Shown here one piece after another: positions 27,032-36,122 of a stretch of 64,000 bases of DNA. The notes beneath the pieces were generated by a model. The model was not told the origin of the DNA. It ran no database searches and saw only the letters and a list, made by a program, of their open reading frames with translations. The stretch covers positions 46,036 to 110,035 of IMG/VR virus record IMGVR_UViG_3300045988_151707. One strand, 5' to 3'. The number at the start of each line of letters is the position of its first letter. Position 1 is the stretch's first letter. This DNA comes from a virus. The position numbers and the translations under genes are program-made.

Positions 27032-28765
27032 TTATAGCGTGGATTCTGTCTCTTCTGTGCCTGTTGCGCTGCGGTCGAGCGTGGTAAATGTCTGCTGACG
27101 GATGACTATTTCTCCATGCTTGTCCCATTTATTGAATGTATAGATATTCTTCAGGAACCGCAGATAAATGCGCTGCCGGGTAGAAAGCTGGTTTTGCTTG
27201 AGCAACTGCAATTCGCGCTGGTAAGTTCCCCCACTGCTACCGCTTTTACCGGGAACCGCACCAATAAGGGCCGGATGCACACCGATGGCAAAGAATATAA
27301 TGCTGGATATTTCCTCCAACTCGTTTTTCAATTCTATTGAGTTTGCTACCTGCGGCACATCCACAATCTCGACCGCATGCTGCATCGTCTTCCCGTCAGG
27401 GCCTACAAACGAGTCCAGACAAATAGTTTTCCCGTTGTTCTCACGGCGTTGAAGGAACTCATTCACCTTCTTATAGATACTGTCACGTACAGCTTGTTTC
27501 GCTTCGGTAGTATCCGCTCCCATTTCATCGAACATCGCACGAAGGTATTCGTTGTTGATGAAAATCATTTTACCCCACATGGTCGCATTCTGGCGGGCCA
27601 TGTGCTTATCAGCCATCAGAGTCGTGGCATAATCGAAGGTCATCGACGGGAAGATACTCCACCAGGCCGGCTGAGGGTAATAAGGTTTCAGCATAGACGC
27701 ATAGTAGCTGGGACAGCAGAACCAGGTGGTACGTTTCTTTGGAGGACGGTTCTTACTCTTTTCCACCTGACGGCGAAGCTCCGTAAGCATATTTTCAGGC
27801 ATCAGTGTGGGATAAGCCACCACATCCTTTCTTTCCAGCTTTGGCGTGGCATCCTTTCGCCACTTCTCCGCATAATACACGTAGTTTATGCGCATCCGTT
27901 CGTCCATTTCCTCCATACGGCAGCACACCGCCGGAATGTTTCCTAACTTGACGATTTTCGGGTCCCACTCTTCGTCCTTCCGTCCGATGCTTAGCCCGAT
28001 AGTCGGGAAATAAATGTCCATGTGCGCGTCGTCTGTCATGCACTTCAGGTAGTGAAGTTCCAGATTGTTATTTTCGCAGAACTTGTCCCATTCCTTGTCG
28101 GTCTCTTCCCAGGTGCGATAATCTTCACGAAGCTGCTTCAGCTCGTATTCAGGTGTTCCAACCTGTGCGGAATCTTTCTTCTCCTCTCCGGAGATGGCCT
28201 GCGACCAGGTGATTGTACCTCCCCCACCCTGCTCTTCGCCGCTTTCTGCTTTCTGCTGGTCAATCTGTGCCTGAATCTCCATGATGCGGTTGCGAATCAG
28301 TAGTCCGGCATCCTTGAAGGGAATCAGTTCAGTCTTTACCGTACCGTTTACGTAGCGTGACCAGCGGTACATAAGCTGCGGCCCGAGCCCTACGGCCAGG
28401 TCAATAATATATTTGATGGCGGCCGCCGTGTATGGAAGACTGCCTACCAGCTTGTAGATGGTATTCGGCAGCATGTTGCCAGGTCCCCATGGAATGTAAC
28501 CAAGACCGGGTGTCCCGGCATTGCTGACCGGCACCGGGTTTGACTGCCGGCTGTCGAAAATATCAAACGTGCCCTGAATGGGCAGCCCGCCGATAGCCCC
28601 TCCCCCTTTCATCATTTCCGAGGAAGATACAGACGGGATTTCCGACACGAGGGCCGTGCCGATACACTGGTATCCACGGTCTAAGAGTGAAGTCACTTTT
28701 CCTCTGAACTCCTTTATTCCCGGGTTGGACTTCTTACGGTTTGTATTTTTTGTGTTTGTCGCCAT
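27032..28765 (-). CDS. portal-like protein
   Basis: 577 aa. The call is based on size and general sequence character (..GVHPALIGAVPGKSGSSGGTYQRELQ..). I did not recognise a diagnostic motif with certainty. Confidence 0.4.
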   Translation of the reverse strand: MATNTKNTNRKKSNPGIKEFRGKVTSLLDRGYQCIGTALVSEIPSVSSSEMMKGGGAIGGLPIQGTFDIFDSRQSNPVPVSNAGTPGLGYIPWGPGNMLPNTIYKLVGSLPYTAAAIKYIIDLAVGLGPQLMYRWSRYVNGTVKTELIPFKDAGLLIRNRIMEIQAQIDQQKAESGEEQGGGGTITWSQAISGEEKKDSAQVGTPEYELKQLREDYRTWEETDKEWDKFCENNNLELHYLKCMTDDAHMDIYFPTIGLSIGRKDEEWDPKIVKLGNIPAVCCRMEEMDERMRINYVYYAEKWRKDATPKLERKDVVAYPTLMPENMLTELRRQVEKSKNRPPKKRTTWFCCPSYYASMLKPYYPQPAWWSIFPSMTFDYATTLMADKHMARQNATMWGKMIFINNEYLRAMFDEMGADTTEAKQAVRDSIYKKVNEFLQRRENNGKTICLDSFVGPDGKTMQHAVEIVDVPQVANSIELKNELEEISSIIFFAIGVHPALIGAVPGKSGSSGGTYQRELQLLKQNQLSTRQRIYLRFLKNIYTFNKWDKHGEIVIRQQTFTTLDRSATGTEETESTL

Positions 28766-28769
28766 ATAA

Positions 28770-29033
28770 CTACTTAACCAATATCTTTGTGTCGTTAATC
28801 TGCAGAATAAGTACGTCGTACACGTAACGGAAATCTCCGTTTGGCATTACCAGTTTACGGTATCCCTTTTCTCGGTTGTACGAAACGGCACGCTGCACGT
28901 TGTAACATTCGCTTATCGTTCCGTCCTTACACACAAAACGTATGTCGAACGGCTTGTTTTTCCCGTCCGGAGTGCGGGCGTTCATCAGCTTGTACGCCTC
29001 CGTCCAGAGCAGACGTTTGGTCGGTTTCTTCAT
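28770..29033 (-). CDS. small basic hypothetical protein
   Basis: Trimmed to MKKPTKRLLW. The track start is a TTG in the -7 box. Confidence 0.5.
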   Translation of the reverse strand: MKKPTKRLLWTEAYKLMNARTPDGKNKPFDIRFVCKDGTISECYNVQRAVSYNREKGYRKLVMPNGDFRYVYDVLILQINDTKILVK

Positions 29034-29051
29034 CTTTCGTTTGTTTTGGTA

Positions 29052-29093
29052 CAAAGATATACAAGGTTAATATGGTAATGAAGGACAAAAAAA
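29052..29093 (-). promoter_or_regulatory. conserved promoter architecture, copy 5
   Basis: Minus strand reads TTTTTTTGTCCTTC-N20-TATCTTTG, 19 nt upstream of ATG 29033. Confidence 0.6.
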
Positions 29094-29464
29094 CGCACCT
29101 CCCTTCACAGGGAAGCGCGGTAAACATAACACTGATAATGATTGTATCAAACAACATTACTTTGTGCGATTATCCTTCCATCTTCCTTCACAGGAAAATA
29201 GGACTTTGTGTAAGCTTAATTCTGTCAAAATAAAGAATAAAGTGCACACCACCGTGTGCAATAACATGGTTACTATTTTTCTCATGATGATGCAAATATA
29301 TCCTATTTCTCTGAATATCAAAAAGAAAAAGGATGAAGAACCACTGTTCCCCATCCAGGTGTAATAAAACAAAGAACATTTTCATGCTCAATTCTTTGCA
29401 AATATAATGTTTTTACCGCACATAAGCAAACTTTGAAACTAATTGATTATCTGATTTATAATAA

Positions 29465-29855
29465 ATACTTTTATTCAAACATACTTTTATTCTTTTATAT
29501 AAAAATACTTTTACTCTTTTATTATTTCATACTTTTATATTTTCATTCAGTTGTATTAAAACATTATTATTCTTTTGCATATCTGTATATTTGAATGTAA
29601 ATACTTTTACTCTTTCATACTTTTATACTTTTATGTTTTTATACTTTTACTCAATTATTCTTTTATACGTTCATACTTCTATGATTTTGTACTAAAATAT
29701 CTTTCCATCACCCATTTTGTATTTTCACACAAAAGTATGTTTATATAAAAATACTTTTGTGTTTTTACGTTTCTATGCTTTTATTCATTTATACTATTAT
29801 TATTTTATGTATCCGCACAAAAATGCTTTTATATTTTTATTCAAAAATACTTTTA
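29465..29855. repeat. ATACTTTTA 9-mer repeat field upstream of parA (centromere-like or iteron site)
   Basis: At least 10 direct copies: 29465, 29481, 29505, 29529, 29601, 29617, 29625, 29641, 29751, 29847. One 12-bp perfect palindrome: acacaaaagtat-N12-atacttttgtgt (29727-29762). Degenerate copies at 29673, 29774 and 29823. Confidence 0.75.
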
Positions 29856-29967
29856 TGCGTTTGCACATTTGAATATTTACATTTTTGCATAAAAATATTT
29901 CTGTATTTATGGAGGAAATGAAAAAAAACGACTATCTTTGCAGTGTAATAAAACAAAAACATTTGAT

Positions 29968-30750
29968 ATGGCAATTACAATTTCTTCATTCAACTTTAAG
30001 GGTGGAGTAGGGAAGACCACTACCACCGTCAATCTGGCAAAAGCCTTACATTCTCTTGGTAAACGTGTGCTGGTAATAGATGCCGACGCACAGGGTAACG
30101 CATCTAAAATGATGGGATTCCGTCTGGCCACGGAAAAGGATGGTAAAACCCTTTACGAAGCCATGTCTGGAAATGCCAGCATCATGGAATGTGTGTTCTG
30201 TGAAAATGAAAACGAAGAAAGCTTCGACTTCATTCCTTCACGCCCGAACTTATACCAGTGCGAACAGGAACTGGTTAGCCGTACCGGACGCGAATACATC
30301 CTTCGCATGATGCTGAACAATCTGGAAGACCATTATGATTTTATCCTGATTGACTGCCCTCCGAACTACGGACTGGTTTCTATCAATGCAATGGTGGCTT
30401 CTGACTACCTGCTGATTCCTATCAACTGCGAAGTATTTGCCCTTGACGGAATGGGCCTGATTACCGCAAAATATGAGGAAATCAAAAAGCTGGTGAACCC
30501 GAAACTTGAAATTCTGGGTTACATCATGTCACGCTACGACAAGCGTCTGTCGCTTCACCGTCAGGCATACGAACAGATGAATCAGAATTTCCCTGGGAAG
30601 GTGTTCAATACCACCATCCGCACGAACATTCAGCTGGCCGAATCGCCTGCGCAGCGCATGAACGTGTTCGATTTTGCGCCCAACTGCACGGGAGCTGCCG
30701 ACTACATGGAGCTGGCCAAAGAGATTCTATCACGATTAGATAACCGGTAA
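29968..30750 (+). CDS. parA: ParA/Soj-family partition ATPase
   Basis: MAITISSFNFKGGVGKTTTTVNLA..VLVIDADAQGNAS: deviant Walker A motif. Confidence 0.88.
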   Translation: MAITISSFNFKGGVGKTTTTVNLAKALHSLGKRVLVIDADAQGNASKMMGFRLATEKDGKTLYEAMSGNASIMECVFCENENEESFDFIPSRPNLYQCEQELVSRTGREYILRMMLNNLEDHYDFILIDCPPNYGLVSINAMVASDYLLIPINCEVFALDGMGLITAKYEEIKKLVNPKLEILGYIMSRYDKRLSLHRQAYEQMNQNFPGKVFNTTIRTNIQLAESPAQRMNVFDFAPNCTGAADYMELAKEILSRLDNR

Positions 30751-30761
30751 AACCCACGATT

Positions 30762-31262
30762 ATGGCTAAACAACGATTCAACCTGAATGAAACAATGCTC
30801 GATGCCCGGCAGGGCATTGAGGAAGCACGCGCCAACGCGGAGAAGGCAGGGGAGGAGAGTGCTGTGACTCAGGAAAAGGCAGAAGAAAAGACGGAAGAAT
30901 CTCCTGCTACCTTCACTGCTGAAAACTCATGCGTTGAAGCAAATAACCAGAAAGAGGAAAACATCTGTCCGGAACAAGAGGCTGCGCCCGATAAAGAATC
31001 CGTTAAAAGTGAATCACCCGCAGTAGAACGGAAAATAAACGGCATACGAAAAAGAATTAGAAAAGATGAAAAAGAGGGACGCATCATGCGGAATGTCTAT
31101 CTGGAAGAAGACATGCTCGAGAAGCTGGAAGACATTAAGAAAAGCATGAACAAAGGCCGTAACAAGGAAAAGAAAGATACCTTGGTGTTTGTCATCGACT
31201 TGCTGAACGTAGCCGCGCAGGAGTTCATTGACAAATACTACAAAGACATCGTGGGGAAATAA
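30762..31262 (+). CDS. partition adaptor candidate (ParG/ParB-like, possible RHH C-terminus)
   Basis: 166 aa immediately after parA. Acidic N-terminus. The C-terminus ..RNVYLEEDMLEKLEDIKKSM.. is RHH-like. The call rests mainly on position. Confidence 0.45.
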   Translation: MAKQRFNLNETMLDARQGIEEARANAEKAGEESAVTQEKAEEKTEESPATFTAENSCVEANNQKEENICPEQEAAPDKESVKSESPAVERKINGIRKRIRKDEKEGRIMRNVYLEEDMLEKLEDIKKSMNKGRNKEKKDTLVFVIDLLNVAAQEFIDKYYKDIVGK

Positions 31263-31282
31263 TTCCGCACAATTCATACACC

Positions 31283-31325
31283 GAAAGGGCAGGGGAGCAC
31301 ACGCTTCTCTGCCCTTCGCTTTTTG
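31283..31325. terminator. stem-loop terminator between convergent genes
   Basis: aagggcag-N16-ctgccctt followed by cgcttttt. Confidence 0.65.
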
Positions 31326-31332
31326 AATGATG

Positions 31333-32205
31333 TCACATTTCTATCTCGATGGCCGGATTCCATTCGTCCGGATCAGAAAAAGTGATTCCCGTATTTCCAC
31401 TGAACAGACGGCAGATGGCGTTTGTGCACCGGTTCCTCAGAAGCGGAACGCCGGAAGCCTGTGCACCGTAAAGCATTTTCCCGTCGGCTCCCAGAGCCTC
31501 TATTTTCAGCGTCACGTCAAATTCTTCCGACTCGGTAGGAGTGAAGGTAAACACGGAGAAATAAAGCCCGCTACGGCCCGCATACTCGTCGCCTATCTCC
31601 CAGGTAATCGCATAGTCGGATGCGGAATCTGCGTCACCGTTACCGGTAGTCACATCCAGCGTGCGAAGATGACCGCCTACCGTCATTCGTACCGATTTCA
31701 CCGAGGCTGGAAACGCATCTTTCACGGTAATCATGGCACGGCTTACTACGCGCTTCATTTGCAGTTCCTGACTCGAAGCCATATTCTCGTCCACTTGAAG
31801 AGAAAAGTCCTGCCAGAAAGTCTCTGTTACTTTCTCAGGAGTATATTTCATGCCTTCCATACTTCCTCCGGTACTGCTGTGAGCCAGGAAGTACACATGA
31901 TGCGCTCCATACTTCATGTTCAGTGTAAGGGGAGAAGGAAGCGAAACGGTGTCCGCCTGCATCTGCTCGCCGTCCATGTAATCCCAATAGGAGAGGGTAG
32001 TGGCCAGCTCGGCCAGCGTGCCGGCACGTGAATTATTCCACTGGTTGATGTCTCCCTGTCCGATTTCCATAAACACCGGAAGGAAAGACACCCTGCACGT
32101 TTTCTCACTCGTCTGCCCTATATCCGTCGGACGGACGATGTTTTCCTTGCTGCAAGACGCCATAATCAGGATAGCAGCCATGCAAATGCTTTTCGACAAA
32201 TTCAT
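31333..32205 (-). CDS. lipoprotein resembling FimB/Mfa2-type fimbrillin family
   Basis: MNLSKSICMAAILIMASCSKEN has a lipobox. About 290 aa with a ..VPLLRNRCTN..LF.. C-terminal pattern. The family call is tentative. Confidence 0.45.
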   Translation of the reverse strand: MNLSKSICMAAILIMASCSKENIVRPTDIGQTSEKTCRVSFLPVFMEIGQGDINQWNNSRAGTLAELATTLSYWDYMDGEQMQADTVSLPSPLTLNMKYGAHHVYFLAHSSTGGSMEGMKYTPEKVTETFWQDFSLQVDENMASSQELQMKRVVSRAMITVKDAFPASVKSVRMTVGGHLRTLDVTTGNGDADSASDYAITWEIGDEYAGRSGLYFSVFTFTPTESEEFDVTLKIEALGADGKMLYGAQASGVPLLRNRCTNAICRLFSGNTGITFSDPDEWNPAIEIEM

Positions 32206-32287
32206 GTTGTTTAGTTTTAAGTTTATACCATAATTAACGCACGTCCGGAGTTTCGTTTCCGGTTTTGATGGATTTTTATTGTAAAGT

Positions 32288-32722
32288 TCGGAAAGTTTGC
32301 ACATTTATATAGTTCGGAATCTTTGCACCTTTACACGAAATAATTTCCCTTACTGACGGAATCTTTTCACCTATTGACGGAATCATTGCACCTACATGCT
32401 TTTAAAAACCTAATAATCAATGATTTTCAGAATTTATATAATTATCTATATGTTATAATATAAAGAAACGATAGTTTCTTAAATAAGGGATAAAAGAAAA
32501 AATATATCGGTCTGCTTTTATTAATGATATTATGATATAAGATATATAGTAAAGCGTAATTTGCTATAAAACAAATAGTTATATTAATAAAGGTGCAAAC
32601 TTTCCGTTTTTAGGGGTAAACTTTCCGTCAATATGTACTAAGTTTCCGTGTGTATGGGTAAAGATTCCGTCATATAGGGGAAAATTTCCGAACATATATA
32701 GATTAAAGGTGCAAACTTTCCG
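32288..32722. other. candidate replication origin: opposed iteron arrays flanking an AT-rich core
   Basis: Left array: cggaaNNtttgcacc-type repeats at 32288, 32313, 32355, 32376. Right array: the reverse-complement form ggtRNaaNNttccg at 32592, 32614, 32636, 32656, 32678, 32708, with ~21-22 bp periodicity. AT-rich core at 32393-32591. Confidence 0.7.
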
Positions 32723-32737
32723 AACTATTTTCATTCA

Positions 32738-32803
32738 ATATTTTCCGTTTTTGGAAAATATTGTCATTTTATTTTCCGTTTTTGGAAAATATATCTATAT
32801 TTG
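32738..32803 (+). promoter_or_regulatory. two palindromic operators plus -7 box upstream of HTH/rep operon
   Basis: atattttcc-gttttt-ggaaaatat at 32738-32761, repeated at 32770-32793. TAtaTTTG at 32796-32803, 18 nt upstream of ATG 32821. Confidence 0.6.
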
Positions 32804-32820
32804 TGCCAAATAACGAACCA

Positions 32821-33075
32821 ATGAAGATTTATTTAGAAGAAAGATTAAAAGAGTCAGGTATAAGCAAGGATGAACTGGCAAAGAGACTGGGTATTTCCAA
32901 TTCAAGTCTGACAAAGAAATTAAACGGTCCGTCACGTACTAACCTGCAATTTCTGGAAAGTGTGGCCGATGCGTTGGGAATATCTGTTTTCTCTCTTATT
33001 GATGATGAAAAATACGTGAAGGTAGGTACATTCCAGTCCGATGGGAATACTTACGAAATACGAAAAATAAACTGA
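32821..33075 (+). CDS. XRE-family HTH regulator
   Basis: MKIYLEERLKESGISKDELAKRLGISNSSLTKKLNG.. Confidence 0.7.
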   Translation: MKIYLEERLKESGISKDELAKRLGISNSSLTKKLNGPSRTNLQFLESVADALGISVFSLIDDEKYVKVGTFQSDGNTYEIRKIN

Positions 33076-33081
33076 TAGCCT

Positions 33082-34545
33082 ATGCGACGGAAGAAAAGCA
33101 CCACCGAATCAAGCAACTCACTGATTAAAGAGCTTAGCTCAGTAGAGTTTATTAAACAACCCTATCTGTATGCCATGGTAGGGGCAGATTTTTCACTCTA
33201 CCAGCGAAGTATTATGATAGAAATCATGAAGTCCATGCAAGACCGCTTCAATGAATTTCTGAAAAACAGACGTGCAGACGGACAAATGTCACTTTTCCCT
33301 GATGATCTGGACGACAATCAGATTCTCACATTCCGAATCAGCGCTTCCTCTCTTGGAGTAAGTCCTCGTGACTATATGTATCTTAGTGAGGCATGCGATA
33401 ATCTGATGAAGATGAACTGTTCTTTTTACAGATATGATGAAGTGGGAAGACCTATTCGTACATACGCACATCTGTTTTCTACGATTGAAATGCCGATGAT
33501 TCCGGTTTCAGGCTCGAAAGAAAAAGAAAGGAGGATGAACTACGTGGAAGCGCGTATGGATGCAAAGGTCTTGAAAGAACTGTGCGATTTAGGTAACGGG
33601 AAAGGTTATCTTGACCACATTTACCGAATAGCCCGTATCTGCAAACGCAAACGTACACCAAGCATTTATATTTATCTTTCCAGATGGAAAGACTTCCCAA
33701 AGAAATCGGTGGAATATGTGGAGCTCAAGAAATTCCTGGGAGTGATAACATTGGAAAATGTGGAGGTGAACGGGGTAGTTACTAAGACTTACGAAAAAGA
33801 CCGATACCCGAAATTCAGTAAATTTTGTAAGGAAGTGATGGACCCGATACGTGAAGACCTCGACCGTATGGCCAGCGAAAATCAGGTGGACTTTACTTTT
33901 GATTATGAACCTGTATATAAGGGTTCAACGAAGAGAGGAAACCCTGACGAGATATTATTTAAAATCAAGCTGAGTGAACTTGGGGAGGAAATGTCGCGTA
34001 AACGAAGACAGCAAAAACTTCCCGCAGATATTTGGGACTTGCTTCGCTCTGAATATAAACTGACGGAAACAGATGTGCGTATGCTGACCGATATGCTTCC
34101 TGACGAACTGATGAACGATTTCCGGGCCGAAGTGCTGGCACTTCGTGACCGAATGAACCGGTATAAGGTAAACAATCCGAAAAGTTATGTGGTGACTTCA
34201 CTCAAGAATTTTATTATCCAGCACACTCCGGAGGCAAAAGAAACAAAAGAAGATAATAGGGTAGAGGAGAAGAAAACCGTCAAGCATAAAACAATAAGCG
34301 AAGAAGATAAAAGCCGATGGATGGCATTTATGGAACTTCTTCAAGGTTCTGTAAGTCCGGTTGAATTTAGCACCTGGCTGTCGTCGCTTGAATTTGTTTC
34401 GCTTAATGGTGAGGAAGTGACACTATCTGTACCGGCTGCATACGTAGCGACTTATATTGACGAAAAGCTGAGTGCACCATTTAAACAAGCGCTTAATGCA
34501 GTGTATGGCGAAGATGTAAAACTACTTTATGAAGTAAGAAAATAA
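33082..34545 (+). CDS. plasmid-type replication initiator with DnaA domain-I-like C-terminus
   Basis: The N-terminal region is Rep-initiator-like (..FIKQPYLYAMVGADFSLYQRSIMIEIM..). The C-terminal ..WMAFMELLQGSVSPVEFSTWLSSLEFVSLNGEEVTLSVPAAYVATYIDEKL.. matches the DnaA N-terminal domain pattern. Confidence 0.6.
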   Translation: MRRKKSTTESSNSLIKELSSVEFIKQPYLYAMVGADFSLYQRSIMIEIMKSMQDRFNEFLKNRRADGQMSLFPDDLDDNQILTFRISASSLGVSPRDYMYLSEACDNLMKMNCSFYRYDEVGRPIRTYAHLFSTIEMPMIPVSGSKEKERRMNYVEARMDAKVLKELCDLGNGKGYLDHIYRIARICKRKRTPSIYIYLSRWKDFPKKSVEYVELKKFLGVITLENVEVNGVVTKTYEKDRYPKFSKFCKEVMDPIREDLDRMASENQVDFTFDYEPVYKGSTKRGNPDEILFKIKLSELGEEMSRKRRQQKLPADIWDLLRSEYKLTETDVRMLTDMLPDELMNDFRAEVLALRDRMNRYKVNNPKSYVVTSLKNFIIQHTPEAKETKEDNRVEEKKTVKHKTISEEDKSRWMAFMELLQGSVSPVEFSTWLSSLEFVSLNGEEVTLSVPAAYVATYIDEKLSAPFKQALNAVYGEDVKLLYEVRK

Positions 34546-34550
34546 CGAAT

Positions 34551-34589
34551 AAATCCCGGAACGGAAAGCACCGTCCCGGGATTTTATTT
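34551..34589. terminator. stem-loop terminator
   Basis: aaatcccggaacgg-aaagca-ccgtcccgggattt followed by tatttt. Lies between convergent genes. Confidence 0.7.
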
Positions 34590-35093
34590 TCACTCCACAT
34601 AGTCCTTCGTGTCGACGCAAAGCTCTACTTTTTGTACATCGGTCAGTTCAAGAAAAACTGCATACCAGTTGTTCAGGAAAGGGCCGTAGGTAGAATAGTG
34701 AAGCTCCTCCGTTTCAAGGTTTATGTTCCGGAAAATCTTCCGTTTCTCCTGCTGCTCACGTAGCCAGGCAAGAAACTTCTGCATGTGCATCTTCGCTTCT
34801 TGAATGGCTTCGTATGACTGCTGCTTGTCGGTCGGCTTCATATTATCCGTTTTAACGAGGAAATAAATCACGTGCATAGGTTTGTCCATACCGCCTTTAA
34901 TCGTCCCGTCCTGGGCAAATTCGTAGCCCACACAAGGCGATTTCACGTCGGGCAGCTTGCTCATGAACGAGGGAATAGCTACAATGTTGTCGAAAAGGAA
35001 AAACCGTTTGTTCTTTCCGGTTTCTCCGGGCGTATGAAGCATGGGCTTGTACTTTGTGGCCCATTCTTCGATGATTTCTTTTAATTCTGTCAT
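34590..35093 (-). CDS. hypothetical protein
   Basis: 167-aa ORF. Confidence 0.55.
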   Translation of the reverse strand: MTELKEIIEEWATKYKPMLHTPGETGKNKRFFLFDNIVAIPSFMSKLPDVKSPCVGYEFAQDGTIKGGMDKPMHVIYFLVKTDNMKPTDKQQSYEAIQEAKMHMQKFLAWLREQQEKRKIFRNINLETEELHYSTYGPFLNNWYAVFLELTDVQKVELCVDTKDYVE

Positions 35094-35095
35094 AA

Positions 35096-35386
35096 TTAAA
35101 ATTTTGTTGGTTTTCTTAATTCTTTATCAAATGCCATTATAAATCCGATAAAAGTAAAAGACAGTAATGAAAGCCATATTCCCAGTTTACCTAATTCAGC
35201 ATAAAGTAGCATGACTATCATGGCTGCTGTGATAATCCCTCCCAGAAGATTAGTCAGTTCCGATTCTTTTTGGAACATGAGGAAGACACCTAGCAGAAGG
35301 ACAGCCAGTTCTATTCTTATCTGCTGGAGAAAATACATACCTACCAGCAAGAACGTGTTCGACAATATTCTGATTATCGTTTTCAT
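35096..35386 (-). CDS. membrane protein (3 TM)
   Basis: 96 aa, hydrophobic. Confidence 0.5.
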   Translation of the reverse strand: MKTIIRILSNTFLLVGMYFLQQIRIELAVLLLGVFLMFQKESELTNLLGGIITAAMIVMLLYAELGKLGIWLSLLSFTFIGFIMAFDKELRKPTKF

Positions 35387-35919
35387 TTCATCCGGAATTT
35401 ATAATCACTTCTTTTAAACTCGTCCTGGAAAGAAACCAGTACGCCGTTTTCGATGAAGTCCTGATAATAGGAAGACACGAGCACTTGCAGTCGCTTTAGT
35501 TGATAACGCACTTCCATGGCGATTACAGGTCGTGACTGACGGTCTCCTTCTTCCTTCCATTTTTTATACAATTTCTTGTAATGGGCAAATTCGTCTCTAT
35601 CCACATCTTCAATGGGCTGTCCGGCACCGACACCCATATCTACGAAATACAGGTAATAGTTGAAGAAGAAGGAAATCTTCTTTGTGTCACCTCCGGCACC
35701 GTTGAATATCTTGGCATACATGCGCCGGTAAGCCTGTCCGGTACTCCGCTTGGCGGCCGGTGTATTTCGGTACCCGATGTACGGGCCGGGGTATCCTCCC
35801 GGCCATACATGCTGTGTCTCGAAGTTGGTCTGAAGCTGCCGGATCATGTTGTTTGCCCAGCGCGTCAAGTCCAGGAACTCATCCTTTACCGCCTGACTGA
35901 TGGTTTTCTGTTCTGACAT
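35383..35919 (-). CDS. hypothetical protein
   Basis: 178 aa, 4-nt overlap with its neighbour. Confidence 0.55.
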   Translation of the reverse strand: MSEQKTISQAVKDEFLDLTRWANNMIRQLQTNFETQHVWPGGYPGPYIGYRNTPAAKRSTGQAYRRMYAKIFNGAGGDTKKISFFFNYYLYFVDMGVGAGQPIEDVDRDEFAHYKKLYKKWKEEGDRQSRPVIAMEVRYQLKRLQVLVSSYYQDFIENGVLVSFQDEFKRSDYKFRMK

Positions 35920-35922
35920 GGC

Positions 35923-36084
35923 TTATACATAGTTTAATGGATTTTCAAAAATATCTTTTATCATTTCCTGTTTGCATCCTTTGAACCATTTGAAAGGTTC
36001 TTTGCAGTAACTGATACCGATTGTTCCGGTTGTAGCATAGAACGAAACTTTGGCGTAACCGTTTTTATTTGATTTCTTTTTCAT
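35923..36084 (-). CDS. small basic protein (53 aa)
   Basis: Read manually: MKKKSNKNGYAKVSFYATTG.. Confidence 0.35.
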   Translation of the reverse strand: MKKKSNKNGYAKVSFYATTGTIGISYCKEPFKWFKGCKQEMIKDIFENPLNYV

Positions 36085-36091
36085 ACATTCA

Positions 36092-36117
36092 TACTTTTAT
36101 GTTTTTATGTAAAAGTA
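36092..36117. promoter_or_regulatory. isolated palindromic copy of the par-region 9-mer
   Basis: tactttta-N10-taaaagta. Same core as the repeats at 29465-29855. Confidence 0.5.
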
Positions 36118-36122
36118 GTTTT

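Noticed and set aside
31327-32031. 234-aa plus-strand ORF
   Set aside because: It is antisense to the lipoprotein gene, which has a proper signal peptide and lipobox. Its translation is Arg/His-rich.
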